From Planctomycetia bacterium (GTDB lineage Bacteria; Planctomycetota; Planctomycetia; Pirellulales; Thermoguttaceae): a stretch of 64,000 nt of DNA. The DNA lies in the NCBI GenBank assembly GCA_030527105.1, contig JAUNBK010000002.1, forward strand, positions 44,215-108,214. Reading direction: 5' to 3'. The position numbers and the translations under genes were made by a program. Position 1 is the first letter of the stretch. Every line of letters begins with the position of its first letter. The notes below the pieces were generated by a model. The model saw nothing but the letters and a program-made list of their open reading frames with translations. It was not told the origin of the DNA and searched no databases. Shown here one piece after another: positions 39,477 through 48,771 of the stretch.

Positions 39477-42293
39477 TCAAAGAGTAGCCGCGTGGTCGAC
39501 GTCGAGCATTTCTCGGGTGCCAGAGGGGTCCGCACGCTCGCACGTTAGCGTGAGCAGGTCGATCATGCTTTGCAGGTCGTTTCTCCACTCTTCGGAGTTG
39601 CCGCACGGAAGGTCTAGCTCCAGAAACTCGCCCAAGAGCAAAATGAGGCGCAGCGTGTGCCGAAAAATCATCCCCTCCTGCTTTTGCAACCCCTTCGAGG
39701 TGATGTAGCTGTTGAAATTCCCATTGAACTTGAGCAGTTCCCCGGCAGCCCACACAGGGAAAATGCGAGCGTCCGAAACGAGCGGGTACTCGAATTGGAA
39801 CAGTCGGAACATCTTCTCCGCAAACGGAATCGTATAAATCGGCTCCAACAGCGCATCTCGCCTTTTTCTCCTCTCTTCGGGTGTCTGCGCGATCAGCTCT
39901 TCCGGCAACGCCAGCCCCAACTCGAGCAGCCGTTGGTCGAGGAACCCTTTTGCTAGCCGACCTCTCGGCAAGTCGTCCTGATTAGGCACTCGCACCGGCG
40001 CGCCTAGAGAGTAGGGCAGCTCCAAGAGACTCTCGAAAACCTGAATCCTCTCCTCGCGATCCGCAAAAGGAAGGTACTGCAGGAGGAAAGTCCCATAGAT
40101 GGGGTGGATGCTTCGCATTTGCGCCGCGCGCGTCAGATCCTCGGTGGGGTACGCTTTGAGTGGGACGTATCGTGGTTTTTCCTCTGGCGCTTCGTTGAGT
40201 TCAGAATTCAACACCGCGATTCCGTTCACGAAAGTATACGCTTTCTTCGGCTCTCTTTTTTGAGGTGGGACCTCGTCTTTTTGGTTGCGGGAATTCAGCG
40301 TCAGACTCTCATTGCGAGGTGTGATTATCTGCGTCTTTTCCACCAGATTATCCACAGGCGTTGCCGTCTCTTGGGCGTTTGCTCCTTGCGGCGTCTCCTC
40401 AACGGGGGCGTTCGGAAGGTCGGCAGACGCCTCATCCTGAATAAGCAGCGGCTTTTCCACATCATCAGATTGTGGAGAAACACCCCACTGCGACTCGGGG
40501 ATACTCAACGTCGATAACTCTTCCGCGTCGTCGAAAATTCCCGCACCGAACGCCGAGGCTTTCGACACGTTTTCCACATGCTCTTCCACATCATTTTCCA
40601 CGAACGCAGCATCACTCTTTTCCACCAGATTGGATGCCGCGTTATCCACATCCGTCGTCGAAATGTCACTTTTTGCGTCGGGCAAGCTCGGTGCGTTCAA
40701 ACTCGGCGCAGCCAAACTCGGCACGACCATCGGCACATCCGGGCGACGCAAACGCGGGTACCAATCCGCCGGTGGCAACGGCTCTAAATTCACGAATCCC
40801 CCGCTCCATAGCGTGGCGATCATACGCTCCAGGTCGTCCTGCGCGTGGTCCAAACGCTTTCCAAAAAGGAGCCTTTTCTTGACCAACGTGCGCAAGAGTT
40901 CCACGTCGGGCGAGGCGTTGAGCATATAAGCCAACAAGCGCCAAGGCGTGACGCCCCGACTCTCCAAATTGCTCGCTGCCGCGTGCCGCAACTTGTTGAA
41001 CTGCGCCTCGTTCCAATATTGAAGATTCGGATTCCGCTTCGGCTGCTTCTTCTTGAGCGACTTTTTCTCCGCCAGCACCTTCGGGTCCTTCGAGTCGGCA
41101 GGGAGCTTATCAAATTTCTCCTGCCAGCGCGCGATTCGAACGTCGTCCTCGTGCGCCAAGACAAAGACGTGCCCCCTCGTGTCAAATTGAGGTCTGCCCG
41201 CGCGCCCGAAGATTTGGTGCGCACTCCCGGGGTCGATCATCGTTTGTCGACCAGCAGGTCCCTTCATCAAACTGGGCAAAACGACCGAACGCGCGGGGAG
41301 ATTGATCCCTGCCGAGAGTGTCTCGGTACAAGTGCAAATCGCGAGCAGCTTCTGTTGGAACAAATACTCCACGATCCTCCGATACCTTGGCAAAATGCCT
41401 GCATGATGCACCCCGACGCCGCGCTGCAGGAGTGCCTTGAGTTTTGGTCCCGCCCCTTGCGACCAATCGAATCGCGCCAACTCCCCGACCAAAGCCGATT
41501 TGGCAGCGGGCATGATCAATTCCTTTCCCTTGATCTCCTCCGCGACGCTCCAGCACTCCTCACGATTGAAGCAAAAGACCAACGCGGGCGTGCAACGCTC
41601 CTCCTCTTTGCCCAGCGCCATCCACTGAATTTGCTCCACGAGCGTCATGTCTCCCACCCATTGAAAGACCAGGGGCACCTTTCGCTCGTCACTTTGTACC
41701 AGCTCCAACTTCCGCCCGTGCTCGTGCTCCAGCCAGTTCGAAAACTGCATCGCATTCCCCACCGTGGCGGACAAAAGCATGAGCCGCACGTGCGTCGGCA
41801 ACAGTGCTAAAGAGAACTCCCACACGATGCCACGCTCTGGATCGTTGAAATTGTGGAACTCGTCCATCACCACGGAGTGCACGTCGGCAAAATCGAATTG
41901 CTCGGGATGCAACAATCGATTGAAGAGAATCTCCGCGACGACAACCAAAATGGGCGCGTTCGGATTGACCTTGTGATTCCCCGTGACCAAGCCAACGTCG
42001 TCCGGCGAGAATCCCCACTCCTCGACCTTTTTCTGCAAGTCGCGAAACTTCTGATCCGTGAGCGCAATCAGGGGCGTGGTGTAATACATCCTCTTCTTTG
42101 AGTGGAGCGCCTCGAAAACGGCAGCCTCTGCAATGAGCGTTTTGCCTGTCCCTGTCGGCGCGCAAACCAACACTCCCTGCTCGCACGAAAACCACGCAAG
42201 CAACGCCTCCTCCTGCACGGGATAAAGCGCATAAGGAATCGCGTCCAGAAACTTCTCAGCAATCGCGTCTCGCGTCATATAATTGATCTCCAT
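39477..42293 (-). CDS. DEAD/DEAH-box (Ski2/Lhr-like, DUF3516-type) helicase
   Basis: 938 aa with APTGTGKT (Walker A), DEFH (DExH) and SATVGN motifs and a helicase C block (HHAGILP). An acidic low-complexity insert lies at about 40330-40800. Confidence 0.8.
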   Translation of the reverse strand: MEINYMTRDAIAEKFLDAIPYALYPVQEEALLAWFSCEQGVLVCAPTGTGKTLIAEAAVFEALHSKKRMYYTTPLIALTDQKFRDLQKKVEEWGFSPDDVGLVTGNHKVNPNAPILVVVAEILFNRLLHPEQFDFADVHSVVMDEFHNFNDPERGIVWEFSLALLPTHVRLMLLSATVGNAMQFSNWLEHEHGRKLELVQSDERKVPLVFQWVGDMTLVEQIQWMALGKEEERCTPALVFCFNREECWSVAEEIKGKELIMPAAKSALVGELARFDWSQGAGPKLKALLQRGVGVHHAGILPRYRRIVEYLFQQKLLAICTCTETLSAGINLPARSVVLPSLMKGPAGRQTMIDPGSAHQIFGRAGRPQFDTRGHVFVLAHEDDVRIARWQEKFDKLPADSKDPKVLAEKKSLKKKQPKRNPNLQYWNEAQFNKLRHAAASNLESRGVTPWRLLAYMLNASPDVELLRTLVKKRLLFGKRLDHAQDDLERMIATLWSGGFVNLEPLPPADWYPRLRRPDVPMVVPSLAAPSLNAPSLPDAKSDISTTDVDNAASNLVEKSDAAFVENDVEEHVENVSKASAFGAGIFDDAEELSTLSIPESQWGVSPQSDDVEKPLLIQDEASADLPNAPVEETPQGANAQETATPVDNLVEKTQIITPRNESLTLNSRNQKDEVPPQKREPKKAYTFVNGIAVLNSELNEAPEEKPRYVPLKAYPTEDLTRAAQMRSIHPIYGTFLLQYLPFADREERIQVFESLLELPYSLGAPVRVPNQDDLPRGRLAKGFLDQRLLELGLALPEELIAQTPEERRKRRDALLEPIYTIPFAEKMFRLFQFEYPLVSDARIFPVWAAGELLKFNGNFNSYITSKGLQKQEGMIFRHTLRLILLLGEFLELDLPCGNSEEWRNDLQSMIDLLTLTCERADPSGTREMLDVDHAATL

Positions 42294-42346
42294 TTCCCAG
42301 CCATTGTTGGAACACCCTCACATTCAAACGAGATGAGACGGGGTTT

Positions 42347-42450
42347 TATAATAGTTCGCGTTGAAATATCCCATTCCGTCTGCGGTCGGAGCTACGTACC
42401 ACGGCTCGCAAAACGTCGTGCAAAACGGGAAATTAAAGGACAATGAGTCT
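42347..42450 (+). repeat. Family-A element
   Basis: TATAATAGTTCGCGTTGAAATATCCCATTCCGTCTGCGGTCGGAGCTACGTACCACGGCTCGCAAAACGTCGTGCAAAACGGGAAATTAAAGGACAATGAG. Confidence 0.9.
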
Positions 42451-42571
42451 AGAAGGCGTCGGCAAGAAAAAATCGCCGTCCGACGCGGGATACGCATCGG
42501 ACGTTCCGTCCCTGGCGCGATTTTCGCCCCACTCAAGGAGCAGCGTCAACCTTGACAAAAGGCGATTGCCG

Positions 42572-43324
42572 CTACGCGACCAGAGAAAACTCGTACGGCA
42601 CACCCCCCAACGCTTCGACAAACTCTTCGAAGATGCGCAGGTCGAGAGCGGTTGCCGCTGCACTTTCGGGGTGGAATTGAACCCCGATGGCAAACCAATC
42701 ATCCATGAAGCTCTCGATCGCCTCAATTACGCCGTCCGGCGACGTGGCAGAGACGCAGAATCCAGGAGCGACTTCGTTCAAAGCCATATGATGGCGACTA
42801 CAGACACGAATTTCCGAATCGCCATAGACTTTTTCCATGAGCGTTCCAGGGGTCACCTCGAGAGTGTGACGATGCAAAGGTGAGTGAAGATCAAAGTGAG
42901 GCAAGGCTTTCGGCAAGTCCACCGGAATATGGAAGAAAAGAGTCCCCCCCATCGTGACGTTCAGAAGCTGCATTCCGGAACCAATGGCGAGAACCGGGAT
43001 TTTTTGCTCCGCAACGATTCGAACGAGCATACGGTCGAAATCCTCTCTGCGTGCCGGCATGGGACGAACGGTCGAATGAAGCTCGTAGCCGTCGCGACGA
43101 GAGTCTAAGTCACCGCCGCCAGACAAAACGATACCATCCAACGTATCGAGCGCAGTGCGAAGATCTTCTTCTGAAAGAGAAGGCGGAAGGATAAAGGGAA
43201 TCCCGCCAGCTCGCGAGATAGACTCATAATAACCCGCCCAGACGTAGCTAAAAGCTTCTTTGCCATTTTTGGCGTTAGAAAAATCAGCGTTCAATCCGAT
43301 GCGCGGTTTCTTCCCAAATTGCAT
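42572..43324 (-). CDS. Class I glutamine amidotransferase, peptidase C26 / PuuD-like gamma-glutamyl hydrolase
   Basis: 250 aa with LSGGGD, GSGMQLLN (catalytic Cys replaced in the G-x-G-x-Q context; not checked further) and VQFHPE motifs. Confidence 0.7.
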   Translation of the reverse strand: MQFGKKPRIGLNADFSNAKNGKEAFSYVWAGYYESISRAGGIPFILPPSLSEEDLRTALDTLDGIVLSGGGDLDSRRDGYELHSTVRPMPARREDFDRMLVRIVAEQKIPVLAIGSGMQLLNVTMGGTLFFHIPVDLPKALPHFDLHSPLHRHTLEVTPGTLMEKVYGDSEIRVCSRHHMALNEVAPGFCVSATSPDGVIEAIESFMDDWFAIGVQFHPESAAATALDLRIFEEFVEALGGVPYEFSLVA

Positions 43325-44185
43325 TTATTTTCCTCCTGAAAAAAGTTCATGCAAGATCAAGCGACACGTTTTTGGCGTGCATTTTGAAGTCCCCCTGACG
43401 TCGAAATCGAAAAAAATACTCCACAAATCTGCATCCTTGCATTTTCACGTGAATTTTTTCTCATTCGAAGGTCCCCATGCTGTCAGAATCCCCAGTATAA
43501 ATTCTGGCGACATTGCAGTGTGTTCAGTTCATCAAAATTTTATCGCTATAATCCCACCCAATCCTTTCTAACGGCAAAACTTGCCGCCCAGAAGTGCAAA
43601 TCAGGGTTAAGTATAGAGGCTTTTTATTTTTTTGCAAGCCCATGCACGCATATAGGCAAGGAACTTTCTTCCCGCACAATATGTGGTACAAAAGGCGCTT
43701 TGCAAGATGTGGTTTTCCGAAAGTGGCGAGAGCCAAATCTTCCTCAGTTAGAATTTGCAACAAAGCCAAAACAATCGTCATATCCCGAAAAATCCGCATT
43801 CAAACGAAACTTCACCAATTCCGACGGAATTTCACGCTCTTTCGGGATTCTTTTCGCTTTTCTTTAAATTTTTTCTTCTTTCACAAAAATTTTCCAAGGA
43901 TTTTTTCTCGAAGTACACCATACCTCTGTATACGTACAACACGATGATTTTGCTCACACTTTCTTTTCGTCATTATAAAAACATATCAATAAAAGGTTTC
44001 TACTGTATTTTTGTTCTTTTTTGCCTTGAAATGTTCTTTTTTTGGAAAAATCCCCTGCCCATCCCTTGAAAATTTCGCGCAGCCGGGTACAAATAGATTA
44101 TGTAGAGGTCGTTTTGCACGAGGTTGCTTTGTGACTCCGTGTAGAATTTCCACGACTGCCTGCCGTTGCAACTGCGTGCCGATAG

Positions 44186-44292
44186 ATACTCGCTTCCGTT
44201 TAAAATTCCGGTTTTACGCAACGTTTCGCGAACCGAGGTGCGTAGATCCGGCAGCGGACGGAGCCGGGAATTTCAACGAGAAGCATTATAAT
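44186..44292 (-). repeat. Family-A element
   Basis: ATACTCGCTTCCGTTTAAAATTCCGGTTTTACGCAACGTTTCGCGAACCGAGGTGCGTAGATCCGGCAGCGGACGGAGCCGGGAATTTCAACGAGAAGCATTATAAT. Confidence 0.85.
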
Positions 44293-44394
44293 ACACTGGT
44301 GCCGGAGAGCGTTGGTGTGTCTGAGGCGAGAGGCGTTTCGATTGGCAGAGGGCGCGAAGTGCTTCGCTTTTTCAAAGAAGATAAGGAGTTTTTT

Positions 44395-44991
44395 ATGACA
44401 ACGATCATAGTCATTGCTGTTCTTGTGGGGCTGCTGCTCATTGTGGTGCTCTACGCTATTGGTGTGTATAACTCGTTGGTGTCGCTGCGGAACCGTTTTA
44501 AGAATGCGTTTGCGCAGGTGGACGTTCAACTCAAGCGTCGTTACGATTTGATTCCGAATCTCGTCGAAACGGCAAAAGGATACATGCGTCACGAGGCGCA
44601 GACGCTCCAAGCCGTCACGGCTGCCAGAAACGAAGCGCTGGCGGCGAGCCAATCTGCGGCGGCACGTCTGGACGATGCGGAGGCGATGGGGTCTTTGGGG
44701 CGCGCGGAGGGTATGCTCACGGGGGCGCTGTCGCGTTTCAACGCCGTGATGGAAGCGTATCCCGACCTCAAGGCGAATCAGAATATGATGCTTCTTCAGG
44801 AGGAACTTACCTCGACGGAGAACAAAATTGCGTTTGCGCGTCAGGGATACAACGACTCCGTGATGACGTACAATACGCGTCGAGAGCAATTCCCCGCGAA
44901 TATCTTTGCGGGCTTTTTCAATTTCCGCGATGCGGCGCTCTTCCAAGTGGACGCTCCCGAGGAGCGCGAGGCGCCGCAGGTCAGTTTTTGA
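44395..44991 (+). CDS. lemA: LemA family protein
   Basis: Start at MTTIIVIAVLVG after AAGGAG. YNSLVSLRNRFKNAFAQVDVQLKRRYDLIPNLVE is the LemA signature region. Confidence 0.85.
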   Translation: MTTIIVIAVLVGLLLIVVLYAIGVYNSLVSLRNRFKNAFAQVDVQLKRRYDLIPNLVETAKGYMRHEAQTLQAVTAARNEALAASQSAAARLDDAEAMGSLGRAEGMLTGALSRFNAVMEAYPDLKANQNMMLLQEELTSTENKIAFARQGYNDSVMTYNTRREQFPANIFAGFFNFRDAALFQVDAPEEREAPQVSF

Positions 44992-45183
44992 TTTGGGTTT
45001 GAACTCCGGCTCGAAATATCGCTTGCGAGAGCTTTTGGTGTATTTGTCAAGGCTTTTTGTCCAACGCACGAAAGTGTCCGACAAGCGATTTTTCACGGCA
45101 CTTTGCGTTGGAATTTCCACTCTGAGGTCAACGTTGGAGCAAATACGGGTGTTTCCCAAAAATCCTTTGTGTGAGATTGATAT

Positions 45184-47208
45184 ATGATTGATTTTTTCCA
45201 ACAACAGGAAAATGCGCGCAAACGAACGCGGTGGATGATTGGCGCGTTCATTTTGGCAACCATTGCGGTCGTTGCTGCGGTGGATGTCGTCATTCTCTGG
45301 CTTGTGTGCGTTGCGGAGCCGTCTTTTGCCGAGGCTCCCATAGGCGAAATGTGGCTGGATCCTGAGTTTCTCTCGATCCTTGGCTTCACGTCTCTCATCA
45401 CGCTGGCGATCATTCTGTTGGGAACGTTTTTTAAAACAATTCAACTCTCTGGAGGGGGGGAAACGCTTGCGCTCCAGCTGGGCGGGAGGCGCGTCGAGCC
45501 TTCGACGACGGATTTTAAGGAACGCAGGCTGATCAATATCGTTCAAGAGATGTCGCTAGCAAGTGGCGTCCCGGCTCCGCCCGTCTTTGTGATGGATGGG
45601 GAGGGCGGCATCAACGCTTTTGCGGCAGGGCTTTCGCCGGAGGATGCCGTGATTGGCGTGACGCGTGGGGCGCTTGATTTGCTCAAACGCGACGAATTGC
45701 AGGGTGTGATTGCGCACGAATTTAGCCACATTCTCAACGGCGACATGCGCATCAACTTCCGACTTATTGGGCTTCTCCATGGGATTTTAGCTATCTACTT
45801 CACCGGGCTGCTCCTCATTCGGATTATTTTCGAGTTTTCTCCCCACGCGGCATCGAGCACGATCTCCGTTGGCGACGATGATGACGACAACAAGGGGAGT
45901 GGATTGGCAATCATCCTCGTCATGCTTCTCCTCGGCTTGGTGCTCATGGTCATTGGGTACGTCGGCTATTTGTGCGGGGAGATCATCAAGGCGGCGGTTT
46001 CGCGTCAGCGCGAATTTTTGGCGGACGCTTCGGCAGTCCAATTCACGCGATTCGCTCCCGGTTTGGCGTCGGCGCTCAAAAAGATCGGCGGAATGGAGCC
46101 TGATTCGCGAACGTTCCACGCCCCAGCAGCGGCAGAGGCGAGCCACTTGTTTTTTGCGAACAAACCTTCGTTTTGGGATATCCTTTTCGCCACGCACCCG
46201 CCGCTTCGAGAGAGAATTTCGAGGCTCGAACCCCATTTCGACGGCACGTTTCCCTCGCTTTCTCTGGACTCGGTCGAGTACGAAGTTCAAAGAGAGGTAC
46301 GCCAAGAGCAACCCCAACCCACTCGGCTATCCAATTCCGATTTCTCGTCTGATCGTGAGAATGACGCGAGCCGAGACAATGACGCAAATCAGGACAACAG
46401 CGCTCCAATTTCCGCGTCGCGCATGGCGTTTCTTGCGTCGTTGTTCGCGTCGTCGTCTCTTGAGACTCGAGAGTCGGCACAAAGTCCATACGGGGCGCAG
46501 CTTATGATTTATGCTATCCTGCTGGACGACAAACGAGAAGACATGGCGCAGCGGCAGAAGGGGATTCTGTTTCGAGAATTGCCTCCGCCCGTCTATCGGG
46601 ATTTTGAGCAAATCGCGTCGGAGATTGCTGCGCAGCCTCTCGCGCAGCGTCTTGCGTTGGCGGATGCGACAATTCCCGTGTTGAAGATGCTCTCGCTTGA
46701 GCAATACAAAGTTTTTCGCGCGTGTGCGAAGCGTCTTATGGAGGCGGACGGGGAGATTGCGTGGCACGAGTATCTCGTCCAAATGCTCGTTATTCGGACG
46801 CTCGATATCCATTTTCGACTTCAAAAACCCGCCCAGGTCGCGTACTACGCCTGGGGAGCGAAGTTGCGAGAGAGCGCGAGTGTCGTTTTGGCAAGGCTCG
46901 CCTATGCTGCGTCGAACGAAGAGTTGGTGGTGTTGGAGGCTTATTCCAAAGCGCGCAAGGTGCTACCCTTCGTGCCAGAGCAGATTCTCTCACGTGATGA
47001 GTGTTTGCTCCCTGATTTCAACGCTTCGCTTCTCATGCTCGACCGCACGTCGCCTCAGATGAAAAAAAGGTTCCTCAATGCGTGTGTTCAATGCGTTTTG
47101 GCGGACAAACAACTCTCTCCAGACGAGTTTTGCACGCTCTATGTCGTGTCGGCAGCGCTGGGTGTCCCCGCGTCTTCGCTCGATTTGGACGGAGCGTCGG
47201 TGGAATAA
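45184..47208 (+). CDS. M48-family (HtpX-like) membrane metallopeptidase with a long C-terminal extension
   Basis: 674 aa with TM helices flanking the HEFSHILNGD (HExxH) motif. The LemA-M48 adjacency is a common pairing. Confidence 0.8.
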   Translation: MIDFFQQQENARKRTRWMIGAFILATIAVVAAVDVVILWLVCVAEPSFAEAPIGEMWLDPEFLSILGFTSLITLAIILLGTFFKTIQLSGGGETLALQLGGRRVEPSTTDFKERRLINIVQEMSLASGVPAPPVFVMDGEGGINAFAAGLSPEDAVIGVTRGALDLLKRDELQGVIAHEFSHILNGDMRINFRLIGLLHGILAIYFTGLLLIRIIFEFSPHAASSTISVGDDDDDNKGSGLAIILVMLLLGLVLMVIGYVGYLCGEIIKAAVSRQREFLADASAVQFTRFAPGLASALKKIGGMEPDSRTFHAPAAAEASHLFFANKPSFWDILFATHPPLRERISRLEPHFDGTFPSLSLDSVEYEVQREVRQEQPQPTRLSNSDFSSDRENDASRDNDANQDNSAPISASRMAFLASLFASSSLETRESAQSPYGAQLMIYAILLDDKREDMAQRQKGILFRELPPPVYRDFEQIASEIAAQPLAQRLALADATIPVLKMLSLEQYKVFRACAKRLMEADGEIAWHEYLVQMLVIRTLDIHFRLQKPAQVAYYAWGAKLRESASVVLARLAYAASNEELVVLEAYSKARKVLPFVPEQILSRDECLLPDFNASLLMLDRTSPQMKKRFLNACVQCVLADKQLSPDEFCTLYVVSAALGVPASSLDLDGASVE

Positions 47209-47281
47209 CATTCCATATGGATTGACTTTGAATGATTGTTATATTTTTGGTTTTTACGTTTAATAAGAAGGAGAATTTACG

Positions 47282-48655
47282 ATGAAACAAATTTTTTCTG
47301 CGTGTTTGGCCGCTTCGTTTGTGTTGATCGCAAGTTGCGTCCCGCCGACGGTTGAAAAAGAAGAGGAGGCGGTGTCTGCCGTCGAGGTGCACAAAGTAGA
47401 CATCACGCCGGATCCGCAATTCAAACCTCGGCTGCATATCACGCTGCCCGACTCGTGCCCCGTGCCGGACGGAATGACGATAGAGGAAACGACTGGCAAG
47501 ATTTATCTCAACGTCCCCAACTTCGCTCCTCGAGGGGAGGATGGCAAAAAAACGACCCCCGCTCTCCTGTGCGTGTTCGACAAGGAGAAGAATTTCGAAG
47601 TGCTTTTGGAGTATCCCGTCCATGAGAAGTCCGGCGAAATTGGTCCGATGGGACTTGATTTCGGTCCTGATGGGAATTTGTATGTTTGCGACAATCAATT
47701 TTTCACGCCGCCGAACGCAACTTGGGCGTCTCGCATTTTGCGCGTCGAGATGAAAGATGGGAAGCCTACTGGCAAAGTGGAGACCGTTGTTGAGGGGCTG
47801 CGTCTTGCGAACGCGATCTTGTTCCACGATGGCTATGTCTACGTGAGCGACACGAATCTTGCCGCGCCAGAGGATTGTTTTGGGTGTGGGTGTATTTGGC
47901 GTTTCACGCAGGATGAGCTTGTCGGCGCAACGGAGACGATCAAGGTCGATCCAACGATCAAAGACAAAAAACCAGTCGATTCGCACGTGTGGGTTGTTGG
48001 TATCACGAAGAAAATCGGGCGCGGAGACAACTCCGGTTTCGATGGTATCGCGTGGGCGTGGGGCGCGCTTTATACGGGTAATTTTGGCGACGGCGTGATG
48101 TATCGCGTGGAGCCTGCCGAGGCGGGCAGCGGCGCGATTTGCGACGGTATTTTGTTTGCTGCTGACGACGCGAAGGTGCAGAAAGTCCTCGACGACGAGA
48201 CGCTCCACTGCTGCGACGGTATTTTCTACGATTCTGCCACCGACAAAATTTATATCAACGACTCCCAAGCGAATGCGATTCGAACGCTAAACAAAAACCA
48301 CGTCGCCAACTGGCTTTGGGTGAACGACGACACGAATGGAGACGAGGGGTTGCTCGACCAGCCGGCAGAGTGCGTGGCGTACGATGGCGTTTTGTATATC
48401 GCGAATTTCGATTGGGCGTTCCCTGGTTTGAAAAACACCACCAGTGTCGACAAGCCCTACACGATCTCGGCGATTGAGATTGGCGTCAAATCGGACGACG
48501 AGTTGGTCGAAAGCGTGCGTCCCGAAACGCAGACCGTGGACACTCCGGCTGAGGCACCTGCTGTTGAGGTCCCCGCAGAAGTTCCTTCCGAAGCGCCCGC
48601 AGAAACTCCTGAGGAAGTGCCCGCTGAAGTGCCCGCCGAAGCTCCTGCGGAATAA
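47282..48655 (+). CDS. Lipoprotein with a beta-propeller (SMP-30/gluconolactonase/NHL-like) core and a C-terminal PAE-repeat tail
   Basis: Lipobox LIASC. Repeated blade-like motifs (DGNLYVCDN, GYVYVSDTN, DKIYINDSQ, GVLYIANF). The tail reads PAEAPAVEVPAEVPSEAPAETPEEVPAEVPAEAPAE. Confidence 0.55.
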   Translation: MKQIFSACLAASFVLIASCVPPTVEKEEEAVSAVEVHKVDITPDPQFKPRLHITLPDSCPVPDGMTIEETTGKIYLNVPNFAPRGEDGKKTTPALLCVFDKEKNFEVLLEYPVHEKSGEIGPMGLDFGPDGNLYVCDNQFFTPPNATWASRILRVEMKDGKPTGKVETVVEGLRLANAILFHDGYVYVSDTNLAAPEDCFGCGCIWRFTQDELVGATETIKVDPTIKDKKPVDSHVWVVGITKKIGRGDNSGFDGIAWAWGALYTGNFGDGVMYRVEPAEAGSGAICDGILFAADDAKVQKVLDDETLHCCDGIFYDSATDKIYINDSQANAIRTLNKNHVANWLWVNDDTNGDEGLLDQPAECVAYDGVLYIANFDWAFPGLKNTTSVDKPYTISAIEIGVKSDDELVESVRPETQTVDTPAEAPAVEVPAEVPSEAPAETPEEVPAEVPAEAPAE

Positions 48656-48682
48656 TCCCTAATAATGTTTCACTTTTACCCA

Positions 48683-48720
48683 TGCCGCCGGCTTTTGGCT
48701 TGCGGCATCGTTTTTGTTTC
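48683..48720 (+). terminator. Rho-independent terminator
   Basis: ATGCCGC (48683-48689) pairs with GCGGCAT (48703-48709), followed by CGTTTTTGTTT. Confidence 0.6.
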
Positions 48721-48771
48721 CACTTGAGTTTCCGAGAAATTCAACGTGGAACTATTCTTATAGAGGTTTTT

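Noticed and set aside
44395-47208. LemA + M48 peptidase pair as a novel system
   Set aside because: This adjacency is widespread and already described, and nothing unusual was seen beyond the long C-terminal extension of the peptidase.
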